The translations under genes were made by a program, and so were the position numbers. DNA of 58,514 bases from Craspedostauros australis (lineage: Eukaryota): assembly GCA_030167865.1 (NCBI GenBank), contig JALAGF010006515.1, positions 1 to 58,514 on the forward strand, written 5' to 3'. Shown in pieces: positions 23,498 through 37,208 of this stretch (positions are counted from its first letter, which is position 1; each line of letters begins with the position of its first letter). Below the pieces are notes generated by a model, which made no database searches, had not been told where the DNA came from, and saw nothing but the letters and a program-made list of their open reading frames with translations.

Positions 23498-26278
23498 TCA
23501 GGCCTCGCCATGGACCAGAGTATCCGTACCTGTAATGACGGACGCCAGAGCATCGACACCATCCGCACCGTAGCCGAGGGGGGCCACGGAATACTCGTCA
23601 TCGAAGAAACATTGATGCAAACTCAGAATGGCTTGCTCCAGCTGCGAGTTGTGAATGATGAAAGAGATGTTGACCTTACTGGCACCTTGCGACATCATTT
23701 GCACCTGAATGTTCTCCTTGGCAAAGACGCGAAACACGGTCGCCAGAACGGAGGACGATCGCTCGACGTCCGCGATCAGCGTGATGGTTCCGCGGTTTCG
23801 CTTGCGCGTGACATCGGCGCAATCCCTGAGATCTTCCATGACCTTCTCCACCTCCGTCACATCCTGCTTTTGATCGAGCGTCAACGAGATGGACACCTCG
23901 GAGCTCGCCAGGACGTCGACTGAGAGCTTGTGCTTGGCGAACAGTGAGAATACCCGGCTCAGGAAGCCGTAGGCACCCAGCATTTGTGTGGACGTGATGT
24001 CAAGCACGTTGATATTGCGCTTGTACGTGATCGCCGTCACCTATTCATAATATGTATGTGTGCGTATGTATGCAAGATGTGGCGCGTGCGCAAACAAAAG
24101 GAATAATTGAATACGAGACACGTGCAACGTCAGCTGGTTGCGGGTGCAATGGTGTGGCAGTGCAAGATAGCAGGCGTTTGCATGCCTCGAAACTGGCACG
24201 GCCATGTAGAAGGGAAAGTAATCGCGAAGAGGCACGCCAAGTACTGCCCAATGGAGGACCATTTTACATGCCCCAGGTTCCCGTTCCAGGTTCCTCTCCC
24301 AGCGGCCTCCACCCTGAAATGTGCACTTACCAACCGCCCTTTGTCCTTCTCGGGTAGACGCTTCTGGATGATGGTTCCTTTCGCATTGGGATTATACGAG
24401 TTCTTGACTCGAACTGGGATATCATACTTCATGGCCGGGCGCATGGCAATGGGATGCAGCACCTGTGCACCGAAATAGGCCAATTCGGATGCCTCCTCAA
24501 AGCTCACGCACTCCACAGGTTTGGCCGTCTTGACCATGCGCGGATCACTGGTGAGGATGCCATCGACGTCCTTCCACACCTGGATTTCATCCAGCTGCAA
24601 CGACGCGCCGATGGCGGTGGCCGTGAGGTCAGAGCCACCACGTCCCAACGTCGTGATCCTCCCCTTTGGCTCATGTCCGATGAAGCCTGTGACCACCGCC
24701 ACCGTGTTGACATCGATGCGATCGAATGCCTTCTTGACGCTTGTCTCGTATCCAGACACAAGCTTCGCATCACCGAACTTGGAGTCCGTCTGGATGCCCA
24801 CGTCCCATGCATCGAACGCCTCCGCTCGAACGCCAAGCTGATTCAATCGTTCGGCCATGATGCGGACGCTGCAACGTTCGCCATAGCTCACGAGCTGATC
24901 CAGGGATTTGGGCGACAGCTCTTGAATCATGCGGACGCCATTGAGCAGTTCCTCACATTCGTTCAGCAATCCATGGACTGCTTGTCGCGTGGGGCACGTT
25001 TCTTCGTCGCCAAAATCAAACTCATCCATCGTCTCTTCGTGTAGCGCCCGTATGGTATCGATGGCGACTTTCCCATCTACATTCCGCAGTGGGCGATTGA
25101 GTTTAAGAGGATATGAATGCCATGCCATGCCATGCCATGCCATGCCATGCCATGCAATGCAATGCAACGCAATACAATACAATGCAATGTAAGCAGTGGG
25201 GTGATCGCATCGGTACAATGTGAGAAATTCGCGCAGCACTCGTGTCGACGATAAGACGATGCGCCGCAAAGCATACAAGGTAGAACTGCATTACGTTGCA
25301 TTGCGCTGCATTGTGTGTTTCGGAAGTGTGCAGATACAGCCAGACGATGCAATGAAAGATACCATGCACCCACACCGACGCACAGCATTGCCGCATGTAC
25401 TCGGATACACAAACTGTGTTAGGTTCACGTACCAAGCAATGCCGATTCTCCCGCGCTCAGCAGGTTGTTGGTTGTCTTGCCCATTGCAGAGCACACAACT
25501 GCTCTCGGGCGGTACCCTTTTTCCAACTGACCCTGAATGAGCTTGGCGACATGGTCCACACGCTCGTGATTAGCCAAGGACGATCCACCAAATTTCATTG
25601 CGACGTCGAGCACCTGTATGTTAGCGTGATTGGAGATGGGGATGGGGATGCAAGCGCGTACGGAGATTCACCACCCATTGCAATGCAATGCCATCCAATG
25701 CGATTCAAATGCAATTCAAGATAAAATAAATCAAATGAAGCGAACCAAGACGGAAGGAGAATATGAGAAACACAGATTGTGCGAGCGGATGCCTTCGACC
25801 AAATATGAGATCGTACGATGACGACCAATGACAGTCAGCACTTGCTGCTCTCCGCATCCAATGCACGAACACGCACTTGCAGATCATGCAGCCATGCTCG
25901 CACCGATGGGCAAGCAGCAATGAGAAGAGGAGCAGCAGCAGTATGAAACGCACGACTTACGTTGTGATCGTTTTGAATCTTGTCGGCGCTGCTGGTTTCG
26001 TAGTTGATGCCACGGCGAAACTCTTCCACCTTGTCTGCCATGGAAAGGGCTACCGATGGGCGCGACCAAGAACATGGTTGAGACGGATACTCGTATGCTT
26101 GCATCGCTCCACCTGATGCTGCCACCGACGACTGGCCATTGTCGCACGATGATTGATGCTGGATGTATGGCTGTGACAACGAAGGAGCGAAAGCATTGGC
26201 GATGGGGAGCAGTGCGGTAAGCACCAGTTGCATCACCGTCAATGACAGCCATGGCGATCGCATTGCTGATGCCCGCAT
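23498..26278 (-). CDS. lysC: Plastid-targeted aspartate kinase (4 exons: ~26278-25961, 25613-25433, 25076-24331, 24040-23498)
   Basis: MKFGGSS, VVCSAMGKTTN, SYGERCS, TTLGRGGSDLTA, WKDVDG, ELAYFGAQVLHP and two ACT domains (SVDVLASSEVSIS, QGASKVNIS); presequence ANA-FAP; all three introns GT-AG and frame-consistent. Confidence 0.96.
25117..25190. repeat. (CATGC)n/(CAATG)n pentanucleotide microsatellite in a lysC intron
   Basis: Direct reading; a related (ATTGC)n run lies at 10465-10490. Confidence 0.85.
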
Positions 26279-27559
26279 GTTGGCTGTTTCATTCGCTGTT
26301 GGCTGCTTCATTCGCTGCTGGCTTGGGATTGCCTTCTGTCGGTGCAAGTGCGTGTTCGTACTCGTCGTAGGATGTTGCCGTTGCCGTTGCCGTTTCAAGT
26401 GCTTGCTCTCTATCTCTTGCGAAGCGTGGAAGCTGATGCTTGCAATACTCTCGATGCTGCACTGGAATGCTTTTGATCAGGAGCGGAACTTGTCAATATG
26501 TGTGTGGTGCGGTGCAGCGTGGCGCGTCTCCTGCTGTGTTGTTGCTGCTCTGTCTTTGCGGATGTCTTCTTGGCTCGTTTGTGACCCCAATGGAAGAACT
26601 GCTTCAATTGTGAGGTCGATTGCAACTCATACCAATTGCGCTCGAGATAGCACTCATGCGTGTCCACGTGCACGTATGTCAGTATCAACAGCAGCACGAA
26701 CGAACGAGCGAGCGAAGGAATGAATGGATGTGAGAGGGAGGGAGGGACGTGACGGAGCCAAAGAAATGTGAGAGAGCAACCACGTACGATCACCAATGCA
26801 TGGCACGAGCACGAGCATGCGAGAAACCAAGCACCGTCCATGCGATCGCGCTTGCGCCGGCACAAACGTCTCCACCGATTCACACGAGCGCCGGAAACAA
26901 CGCCAACAAAAGCCAACTGAATTGCCGCAGAACAGCAGAACCAGAAGCACGAGCAGAAGCCAAACGGAGAGACGGAAAAAGAACGGAACGGTCACAACAG
27001 CAGCACATGTCGCATTGGCAGTATCAATGGCAGTACCGCCGCGATGGGAAAGATACCTTCTCGTTTTCTTCTCCAAACCTGCATCTCTTCTCTGGTCGGC
27101 GCAGGACTGGTTGGCGAACGTCCTTCTCCGCTGTTCGGATTCGAATCATTCGACTCTCACTCCACCGGAATGTGGAATCTCTCTCGATCAGGAAGACGTG
27201 TTTGCTCATTCCTGTTACTAAAACAACGCCGCGTAGAATTATACGCATGATGTGGTACATGATCGACCCATACGACCACTTTGGGGTTCTTCACTTTTCT
27301 TTGCTGACTTGTTGCGCGCAACAAGCAGTGCTCAATGACCGATCGTGGCAGAAGCAACCAACGTGGTAACACCAGTTGCAACAGAAAAGCGCGTTGTTGT
27401 GCACCAAGGTGAGGGAATCATCGCAATCGAACTGGTCTCCACCCGCAACGACACCAGCATCAACACCAACAGCTCCGACGCCAACATCAACGTCAAGGCA
27501 AGCACCTGAAGTCTCGCCCATCCCAACCCAATCCACCTCGCCGTCCCATCTCATCTTGA

Positions 27560-27970
<411 letters not shown>

Positions 27971-30714
27971 GAGCCGTGCGCTGCTTCTCGCTCTGGGACG
28001 TCCGCTTGCGTCCTTGCCAGCCAAACACTCGGACCGCTGCGTCTCTGGAGATTTCAGCACCTCACGATGGCATGGCACGTGAGCCAACCGCGCCCACGAA
28101 ACGGTGGACAAAGCGGAGCATCATGCAGCAACAACTACTAAAAACAAAAGTAAACACCCACACCCCCATTCGTATTCAGGAGCCTCCATGCGCGTGGACG
28201 CGCAATAGAGTTTGCTTGTGACTAATAGTTGGAAGTCGGCACGGCGATCCAGGTGGAGACCGTGGCCGTAACCAGCAGCGAACGCCCATGGTACTCCACC
28301 CGCACAGAAAGGTTCGGTCGTGTTGGTCGATTCGTCTCTCATTCGCTCCCTCTAGTTTCTTCATGCCACCTCCACTGCAGAAAATGAGCTTTTGTTGCTT
28401 GCCCAATACTCGCGCAATACTTCAACGACATCGTCCTTACTCGCATCATGCAGGTACCATGCATTCGGCTTTTCACATGTTGCGGACGATCAACATACAA
28501 CGCTGCGCACCGCACACATGATGCTCACATGTTCCATTCCCATCGCAACGACGATGAGGCGATGCACACACACGCCGAGGCACTCGTGAATGCATGAATA
28601 CCCACCATACCACACACACGCGTAGAACCATTTCTCCTCTTCCATCTTCCGGCGCCACTTCCCTCACTCTCCTCGGACCCTGTGTTGCTGCAGAGATACT
28701 GGAATACCTTCACGGAGCCTTTCCCATTGACATTGTTGCACATGCTGAGATTCGTACACATGCTCGGTATTGGTATACTCGCACATTGGTAACTCGACAT
28801 CGACTCGGTTTAGATATATCTACAATCTGAGTCGCCGCGCACAGAGATAGATCCAGGGACCGACGACTCCATGTACACATACGTAGAGTGCTCCGTAAGC
28901 TTACGGAGCGCATGGAGCATGGTACAGCGTACGGTGAATACGAACGTCCCAGGCCGCAACCTGCCGAATCCTGCAGTTCTCTCATCCAGCTGAGTTGGTT
29001 GCCTGCATCTCTCGAGCAAGCAACTGTGATGGACTCCGGGTATCTGTCCTCCCAAGCCGACAATCCACTTTCGGAGGTCCTGTTCGCGGCTGCCATGCTC
29101 TCGCCGCGACCATGGCGAAAAAAGTGATGTTGCGATGAGCCACAGTTGTGCCAACCCGTGCCAATTAAGGAATCACAATTGGCGTGCTGGTATGGACATG
29201 TATCCGTACGAGTGTGCTGTTCCCCGTCCGAGTATTCGTACCGGACGAACAAGAAACCTTGGCTGACGCGTATTGGTGTGGTAAGCACGCAAGTATTCTA
29301 TGATACAATACCATGCCGTTCTCACCGTGCCGCAGCCATCCATGCCTCGACTGGAGGGCGATGGTAAAGCCTGTTCATGTTTGTAAGACTATGATACCAC
29401 ACCCACCAGACCAGACCACACCACAACGTGATGACCAGGTGCGGAACTAACCAGGGATCATGAGCGGTGCAATGGCGTCATCGCACCGCAATATGATGTA
29501 GTGCTGGAAATGCACGCAATTCTCTCATGGTGTTTTTCTTTGGTTTGGTTTGGCTCGGTTTCCGCTGAGGCCTTGCCCTGGTCTGCTTGCGCCACCTACT
29601 TGAGAGTGGGACGCCACCATGGAATCGACCAGAGACCACCCAAGGGCATCATAGGCTCTTGTTTCCTTCTCCATACAAGTGTGATGGAGGTGGTCGATGA
29701 TGCGGAGTACGGCCACACAGTCGGGGAGAGTAGTGTACATCATACCCGATGAGGGATGAACCTGCATTGGATGCATCCCGCAGTCTTGCTTGCTTGATTC
29801 CATTGCTGATGTGCTCACACGTTCCTGTTCGAACTTTGCATGGCAATTGCGCAGCATGCCGCATGGATGTACGTATCAGACCCTGTCGAAGGCGGCGTTT
29901 CTGATCGAATGGTTCACCTGTCGATGCTCAATACACTGCAGTACAAATCATATGCGGGAGAGTGTGGTCCATCCTCCGCCATGAAGCACCGCAATGTGTT
30001 CGAGTAGAGCAACGCAGAATGCTGCGGTGGAAGCATTGGCATGTTACTGCATGGTATTTTGCATTCCACGACTTCATGATGGAGAGGGGGCAAAGAAGGC
30101 CATATTTCGGATGGAGCAGATGTGAGCGCAGCCAAAGTTGGATGGGTAGATGGTTGTTGTTGAAGCTGAATTGGATATCGCTGTTCCCGCAGTGCGACTG
30201 GCAGATGTTGTTGTTCGAGACACACAATCCTGGAAGGACGGCACTTAGATTCCAGCAACTTCAACGCTGGAAAATGGGCTTACCTTGGATGGCTGGGTGT
30301 TCTGTGCTCCCGCCACCACTCTCATTCACCGCTGTTGGTTTTGGTACCATTTTCACTGCCTCCAACGCCTCATCTTGCCGCCGATGGTGTGGTTACCACC
30401 ACCATTACGCTGCTGCTGCTGCTGCTACTCCTGCCGTCACCCGGTGCCAACCCACACAAGGTGCTTCACAGCACTTTCGTCTTCTTCTTGCAGCAAGCCC
30501 ATATGTTAGCGCCACTAATTACTGTTTTCGATGCCTTGCCGTACATACCGTCAATGATGCGTCTACCATCACCACCCTCAATTGCTTCTTGTTTCTCAAC
30601 GCCAATATGGATGGAGTAGAGTATAGTAGTTCCATTTTGTTGGAGGACTATGCACCACTCGTTAGTACTATACCACCGATGATGCTGTTGTTGTTAGGGC
30701 GCTGCTGCCCGGTG

Positions 30715-32706
30715 CTAATTTGGATACAACAGTTCCATCTTCTTGCAGTACGCTAATACGTTGGCTGCATCTTCCAGCGAATTGGGCCACGATGGCTGGC
30801 CAAGCTGAAGCTGGTTGTCCTCCTCCAGCCTCGCCTTGGATTCGTTGAAATCGAACTCCTTCGCGAACGGCTGAATGCCTGTCGCTTTCGCCATGGTAGA
30901 CCAACCTAGTACGGTTGACACCCGCGTGGCTCTTACCTTCCATTCGCACAGAACCTCGCACGGGCTTGCAACGAGCCACTTGCTCAGGTTCGACCCATGC
31001 TCCGTATCCTTGAACGGGCTGTCTTCGGTTGGTAGGACGTATGGGAAGAGGTACTTGCAGGACGCACGGTCCTCGTCGTCTAAGGCCAGCACCCAGTGGG
31101 CGGTGTAGGAGTCAGTCCCATCCTGGGCGATGAACACATAGGGATATTCACCACTTGCGGCAAGCTCACGGCGCAGTGATCCCTCCTTGGCATTCTGCGC
31201 CACCCAGACCACATGACGGGAGAGAAGCGAACGGACAGCATCATCGTGGTAGCCCTCGCTTCTTGGAAGTCGAAGCCAGCCATTCTGACAGACGATGTGC
31301 CGCTCGTAATCCCTCGGGGGGCCGAAGCATAGCTCAACTGTGGGCTTGCGTGGCTTGTATCCCATTCTTGGAGCACTCGCTGTGGGGCGAGCCGAGGACG
31401 AAGCAAGACTGGATGGAGCGCTGTCTTCTTGCGTGCTCTTGGTCTTGCCTGCCTTGTTTGCCTCGCTGTCTGAATTGTTCTTGCCCTTGTGTTGGGGATA
31501 GGCTTTCTGTTTGTGCCTGTGCCTGTCCTTGTTCTGATCGTTCACTTGGTCTTGATTTGGCCGTTGTTCGCCATTTGCCCCGGTTTCCACAGCTTCAGAT
31601 GAAGGTTCGACTGCCTCTTCCGTCTCCTCCTCCTCGTCGTCGTCGTCATCATCGACGTCAACAAGATGAGGGAACTTGTGGCACACCTCATGCCACCATT
31701 TAGCCAAGGGAGGGCCGTCGATGATGGACCACATGTCGTCAAACAGCAGCGGGTGCGGTGAGCCGTCCACGCGACGGATTGCTTGTTGGGCCATCGCAGC
31801 ACGGTAGAGCTTCGGTGGGCAGTGGATGCCAAGCTTCGCGAAGGAAGACTGGATCTCGTGGCCAATGTGGATCAAGAAGTCGATGAATCCCCGCCAACCT
31901 CCAAGGATGGCATGATCAGCGGCTTGCTTGATGTCATTGGTCAGGAGGAAGTACTTGCAGATGCTACTCTCGACGATGGTCCACGAGACGTTGTGGAACA
32001 CTGTCTTGCTGGTGAGGCGGCATCGCATGAGAGTGCGAAAGTCACAAAAGCCGGAGCCATGGGAGAGGAAGATCTGAAAGACCATGTCTCCTGATGTCGC
32101 CATTGCTGTTGTTGTTTGTCTTGTGGGTACTGCTGTGGATGTTATTGGTGGTGTTGTCGTTGTCATTGTCAGATGTGCGCAATGGTTGTGGTCAACATGA
32201 TGAACGTTGCCATTGCCATTGGGGCTGTCATTGTCATGGTGATTGCCATTGCCATTGGTATGGTTTTGCAGCTTCGAAGGTCCATTCGTTGAGACAGATG
32301 CATGCACACCCTCAGGCTGTTCGTGCAGTCTTGTTGTGGGACGACCGCCATGGTGGATCATTGGAGAATGAAGAGCCGTGACCTTTTTGCCCATGTTCTC
32401 ATCGCTACCATTGTCTGTCTCAATGTCAGCGCAAGTATCAGTGTCACTGTTGCTGTAAATTCCACTGTCAGTGTCAGTGCCAGTACCAGTGTCAGGCTTC
32501 ATGTTGGTGCTTGCCTCATGCCATAGTACCGGTCCCCTCGTGGCTGCCGATGCACCATTGCCACAGATCGTCCCACCACGGCCCCCACCTCCACCTCCAC
32601 CTCCACCACCATCATCATCTTGCACTGCATCCCACAGGCCTACCAAGCGGTCCAACTCGGTGGGTCGCGGCCGTTTAGGCTTTTGGACATGTCTTGTCGA
32701 TGCCAT
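30715..32706 (-). CDS. Hypothetical 663-aa protein with an F-box-like segment
   Basis: Long ORF with aagATG start and low-complexity N-terminus; DMVFQIFL..FCDFRTLMRCRLTSK resembles an F-box. Confidence 0.7.
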   Translation of the reverse strand: MASTRHVQKPKRPRPTELDRLVGLWDAVQDDDGGGGGGGGGGRGGTICGNGASAATRGPVLWHEASTNMKPDTGTGTDTDSGIYSNSDTDTCADIETDNGSDENMGKKVTALHSPMIHHGGRPTTRLHEQPEGVHASVSTNGPSKLQNHTNGNGNHHDNDSPNGNGNVHHVDHNHCAHLTMTTTTPPITSTAVPTRQTTTAMATSGDMVFQIFLSHGSGFCDFRTLMRCRLTSKTVFHNVSWTIVESSICKYFLLTNDIKQAADHAILGGWRGFIDFLIHIGHEIQSSFAKLGIHCPPKLYRAAMAQQAIRRVDGSPHPLLFDDMWSIIDGPPLAKWWHEVCHKFPHLVDVDDDDDDEEEETEEAVEPSSEAVETGANGEQRPNQDQVNDQNKDRHRHKQKAYPQHKGKNNSDSEANKAGKTKSTQEDSAPSSLASSSARPTASAPRMGYKPRKPTVELCFGPPRDYERHIVCQNGWLRLPRSEGYHDDAVRSLLSRHVVWVAQNAKEGSLRRELAASGEYPYVFIAQDGTDSYTAHWVLALDDEDRASCKYLFPYVLPTEDSPFKDTEHGSNLSKWLVASPCEVLCEWKVRATRVSTVLGWSTMAKATGIQPFAKEFDFNESKARLEEDNQLQLGQPSWPNSLEDAANVLAYCKKMELLYPN

Positions 32707-33561
32707 CTTGGGTTTGTGCTAGCAAAACCACCACAGGTGTACCTTGCTCATGTTATGGCACATTTGTTATGGGGGGAAACAAGAGGTGTGCTTCTCGGGT
32801 TTAGTCGCAGCATTTCGCCTTTCGTGGAAATGTACTGAAATAGACCCAATAAAATTATTTTTGAAATGAGCATGTTGCGGAACGACAAAGACCGCACAGA
32901 TCACGATGACGAATCTGGAATAGTCTCTCAGGACATTCCAGCGTGGACGCTCCTCTCTTGTGCGCCACGCATGCCTGAGGACACACCAAAGGAAAGAGCT
33001 GTTGAAACAACAGCGTCCTCGCCGGTCTCTACCCGGCTTTGAGCCCTAGGACAGTTCCAGGCGATGATGCTGTGTGATCGTATCATTGGAAAATCAGCTA
33101 GTTACAATTGATTTTTATGTTGTTTGTTTGGTCTCTCTGTTGTTGCTGTCATGTGTTGTTGCTGCGGTGCTGCTGTTGAGTTGGCACCGTGTCGTGTCGT
33201 CTCGGTTGGCTCTGGTTGCCTAGTCCGTCCGTCGTCGGGTATTGACGAAACCACAGGTAGACCAGGAATGTAGACGTCTTCCCCAACAAGAGCTGCGCGG
33301 TGCAGAGAGGGAGAACCAGCGTGGTAGGGAAAGAAGCGAACACACAACAGAAAGAGACAGACGCCAAAGATCGCTACTCGATGGGTTGACACCTCGAGAG
33401 TGGGCGTGATGACACTGGCAAACAGAGAGAGACGAACCAGCGCGGTGGAGTGTGGATCATAAATCCAAAAAGATCACGATCTCAGCCGCCATCAACACAG
33501 CAGTCAGGATCCAACCAGCTCCCAGCCAGCGCCCCAACAGCCAACAAGAAACATAGACAAG

Positions 33562-33951
33562 ATGTCCGCAGGCGACACCGTCACCACCTTCTTTATCGCG
33601 CTCCTCGTCTTCACCCTCTTCTTCTGGGGATGGGCGGTGCTCAACACCATCGGCATGTCCGACGGGGATTATGATCTCGGCATCATCTCCTTCGCGACGG
33701 TTCTCATGACGTCGTGCTACGTGATCGGGATGCGCTCCGCCGATGCGGTGCCAGCACGCGGCATTCCACGCCACATCATCACCATCTCCCACCTCCTCGT
33801 GGCGATCAACTACTACCTTCCATTCGTCATGGGTGACGACAACCCGTTCGACACACCAGGACTGGCAATCTACTTCGCCGTCTTCACCCTCCTTTGGATC
33901 TTCATCGCCTGGTACGCACGCCAGCTCATCTACAAGGCTGAGGAGATGTAA
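33562..33951 (+). CDS. Small four-TM membrane protein, unknown function
   Basis: 129 aa with four hydrophobic stretches, high GC3, CA-rich 5' leader. Confidence 0.8.
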   Translation: MSAGDTVTTFFIALLVFTLFFWGWAVLNTIGMSDGDYDLGIISFATVLMTSCYVIGMRSADAVPARGIPRHIITISHLLVAINYYLPFVMGDDNPFDTPGLAIYFAVFTLLWIFIAWYARQLIYKAEEM

Positions 33952-35418
33952 GCGCAGCCTGTCCACAGGCGGGATGGGACGGCACCATGATGGTGTTGTC
34001 ACTACGAGTAGAGTGATGGTGATGACGATGGTGATGGCGATGGCGATGGCGATGATGATATCAACAAGGACTACGACGACGATGATTCTACGTGGAGGTT
34101 TTCTCTCAAGGTGGTTCGTCGACCCAGTCGGTGGTTCGTCGGAGAAACTGCGAAAACAATACGTCATGAGACCACCGTAGCGTGGAGCACTGGACATAGA
34201 CCATAGCTCATGGTGTTGTTATCATCAACCCTGCATGCAAGCACAACTCGATAAGCAAACTCTAAAGTACACGTACAAACGACAGGACTGCTCTACTAAT
34301 ACCCTGTGATGTTGAAGCCGTTGCTTGTCGAAGTTAAGTATATTTGTGTGCATGCGTACTGCGCTCGTAGAAGCAAGTCCGCATGTCGACGTTCATCAAA
34401 AAGGCCACGTGTAATTGCAGGCATCGCAGACAGTCGGAGGGTTGTACGAGTAGAGTAGAGAAGAGAGCGTGCATTGTGCTCGTATCATACTCTCTCTCTC
34501 TCTCTCTGGAGTGATTACGAATGCGTGGCAGTTGCGAATGGCCCACCATGGGCAGGACCCGAGACGTGGAAGGCAGGGCCGGAGTGATCGATGCCACCTT
34601 GCAATGAATGAAATGCCATCCGCCGAATTGCTCACCATCATGTCGCAAGTATTCTGTTGGATCATATGCCCTTCGTTGACTGACCAGGGGATGGGTGGAT
34701 AGCCGGCCGCGCTTTGCAGCTGGCGACAGGAGTGATCATCCCCACTGTGTGTTTGTGTTTGTGTTTGTGTTGGCACCATGTGGCATTGCATGTGCATGCG
34801 GGGTGCCTTTCCACGGATGTTGTGTGCATGTGTGCGTGGCTCTGCGGAACCGGTCCCGCTCACAAACTACCGTCGAATGTGCCACACATGGTCGTCACAT
34901 GATGCTGCTCCTCGTGCAGAGCGCATCGGTCTTGACGCATCACTGGAGTATCGGTACCAATCTGGATTGGGTCGCAGTGTGAGTGACTTGAATCGCTCTG
35001 AGGAGTCGCACCTCGTTGTGATAAAGCGTGCTCTACTTGGACATTGCTCAAGTGCAACATGGATAGAGTACTCGTATGTGTGACACCTGTCACTGTAGGC
35101 TGGTCGCACACTCCATCTCCAAATCCTCCATTTGGGAGAGTGAAACCTGGGGTTTGCCTGCTCATCGACAATGTTGAACTTCCTGCCATGCGGTGTCCAA
35201 CGTGCGCCGCGCAGGGCTCTTGCATGCGCTGCACCTATTGTGTGAGCGCTACCGCGATGGCGATGACGCCGGCTTTTGTCGATCTCTCCGATGCAGAAGA
35301 TCATTCCCCAGGTAGACAAGCGGGACCAATCTGCTCATGTTTGCTCATCGAAGCGAATGGAGCAACGGGCATATGTCAGCATCGGTGTCTCATTTCGAAA
35401 TGACCGATCATTGTCAGA

Positions 35419-37208
35419 TCAATCCCTTCCTCCGCTTGCCAGAGTGGATCCGTACGTGCCTGGCCCGCCAGGTCTCAAGAGCTGCGCACTCTCACGTTTG
35501 GCCGCGCTGGACGTGGAACTGTACGACGAGGTGCGCGGGAAGCCCTGGACCTGCCCTCGTGCTAATGGAGGTGTCGTAGTCGGCGTGCTGTTGTTGCTGT
35601 TCCCGCCGTTGGCGTTGCCCCGTCCTGCCGGGTTGCGAGTGTGCATCATGATGAGGAACAACGCAGATGGCACCAGCTCTAGACAGCCATAGCTCCACCA
35701 CCACGGCCAAGAGCCTTTGTTGTCGGGAGCTGCGGCAGCCACACCGTACGGTCCCGCCTGCCCTGCCTCGATGACGGTGAGACAGAAACCGATGATGCGC
35801 GAGCCAAACACGAAGGCGCAGATGACGCAGGTTGCGGCAAGTCGTACGGCCAACGCCGAGTGACGCGACAACGACAGCGATGGTCGCAGAAAGACGACCA
35901 GCTGGAATCCTGATGAGGCGCTGAGACCGAACAGGCCAGTGTAGATGAATGCGAGCAGGCAGTAGATCACCATGCCACCTCCCGTTGGATTGAACCTTTC
36001 TGTGATCACCAAGGTGACGTACATGGCCCATGCGCATAGCTGGATCACGAAGGTCGGCGATGAAGACGTCGATGATTCACCGGAAGCGATGCCCACCAGC
36101 TGCACCAAGAACTTCACCAGCAATGTCCAAGCGGAGCAGAACGTCATTTCCGGCAGCGTATCTGCAGTCACCTGGAACCAGAATTGCTGCGGGTTGGATG
36201 CGATGCCCTGGAAAGGCAAGACGATAGCTCTCAGTACCAGTGCTGCCAAGAGCATCCTCCGGAACTGAGGCGTAGTGTGCGTAGCGCATGGATGCGGATA
36301 TAGGTGTGGATGTGAATGCGGATGTTGAAGTTAACGACGACGACAATGGCAGTGGCGGCGCCAATGTTCACCATGTTTCATCAAGTTGATATTTGATGCA
36401 TCCAGGCAGAGTATGAAGTGAGTATAACAAAATGCAATGCAAGCTGGAGCGCAATACCAATTGAGTAGGCTTTCGTCGAGTACAGGTATGATAGCTCGTA
36501 ACCATCTGCGTTGCCCGTTGTGAAATGGTAGAGGACCCCAAAATGACATTGCATTCATCACAAAATGTGACCTATTGAGTTGAACAGGTGGTCTCACAAC
36601 CAAAACATGATAGCTTGGGTAGTATCCGCAGCAGCATCAAGAGCAATGCCAATGCCAATATCGCTGCCAATACGCCGCCAATAACAAAAACAATGACAGT
36701 ATCAACAGCAACACACGCAACAACGATAGCTTGGTGAGCAACTCTCTCTCTGTCTGTCTCTGTCTCTGTTGTGATTTCCGCATCGTTACATCAAACTCAC
36801 CATGCTCCTCGTGATGTCAGCGCTGCCAATGGCAGGTCCTGGGATGGCTTGCGCTTCGCTTTCTCCCATGGCATGATTCACACCCGACGATGCTTCCAGA
36901 TCGGCGGGATCGGGCCGCTTGTAGGTTTTCAGGATCTTGTACTCCTTGCGCACCTGTATCGTTGCGACCACGATGGCCGCCACGAAGAACAACCACAGCA
37001 GAGTGTGCTGCAGCGGACCAATCCTGTTGGAGGATGCGATGTGGATGCCGATGAAGCTGCTGGCGAACTCGAACCCCGTCGTGCTGGTATCATCTGGGCT
37101 CGCCATTGTGGCATTCTGCGTCTCGATCGTCGCTGCGGTGTTTGCCATGCTCAGCAGCTGAGGGAATATTTCCATACCTTGGTTGGATGCATCGGCGGTC
37201 ATTGCCAT
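35419..37208 (-). CDS. THH1/TOM1/TOM3-like multi-pass membrane protein (2 exons: ~37208-36801, 36264-35419)
   Basis: GTGAGT/CAG phase-0 join (ITRSM|FRRMLL); ~7 TM segments; TLPEMTFCSAWTLLV..LVQL, CVICAFVFGSR and YGCLELVPSALFLIMM resemble TOM1-family motifs; start codon uncertain. Confidence 0.72.

Noticed and set aside
28100..30700. Many short ORFs between RPL40 and the 663-aa gene
   Set aside because: Non-coding-like composition and no domain signal
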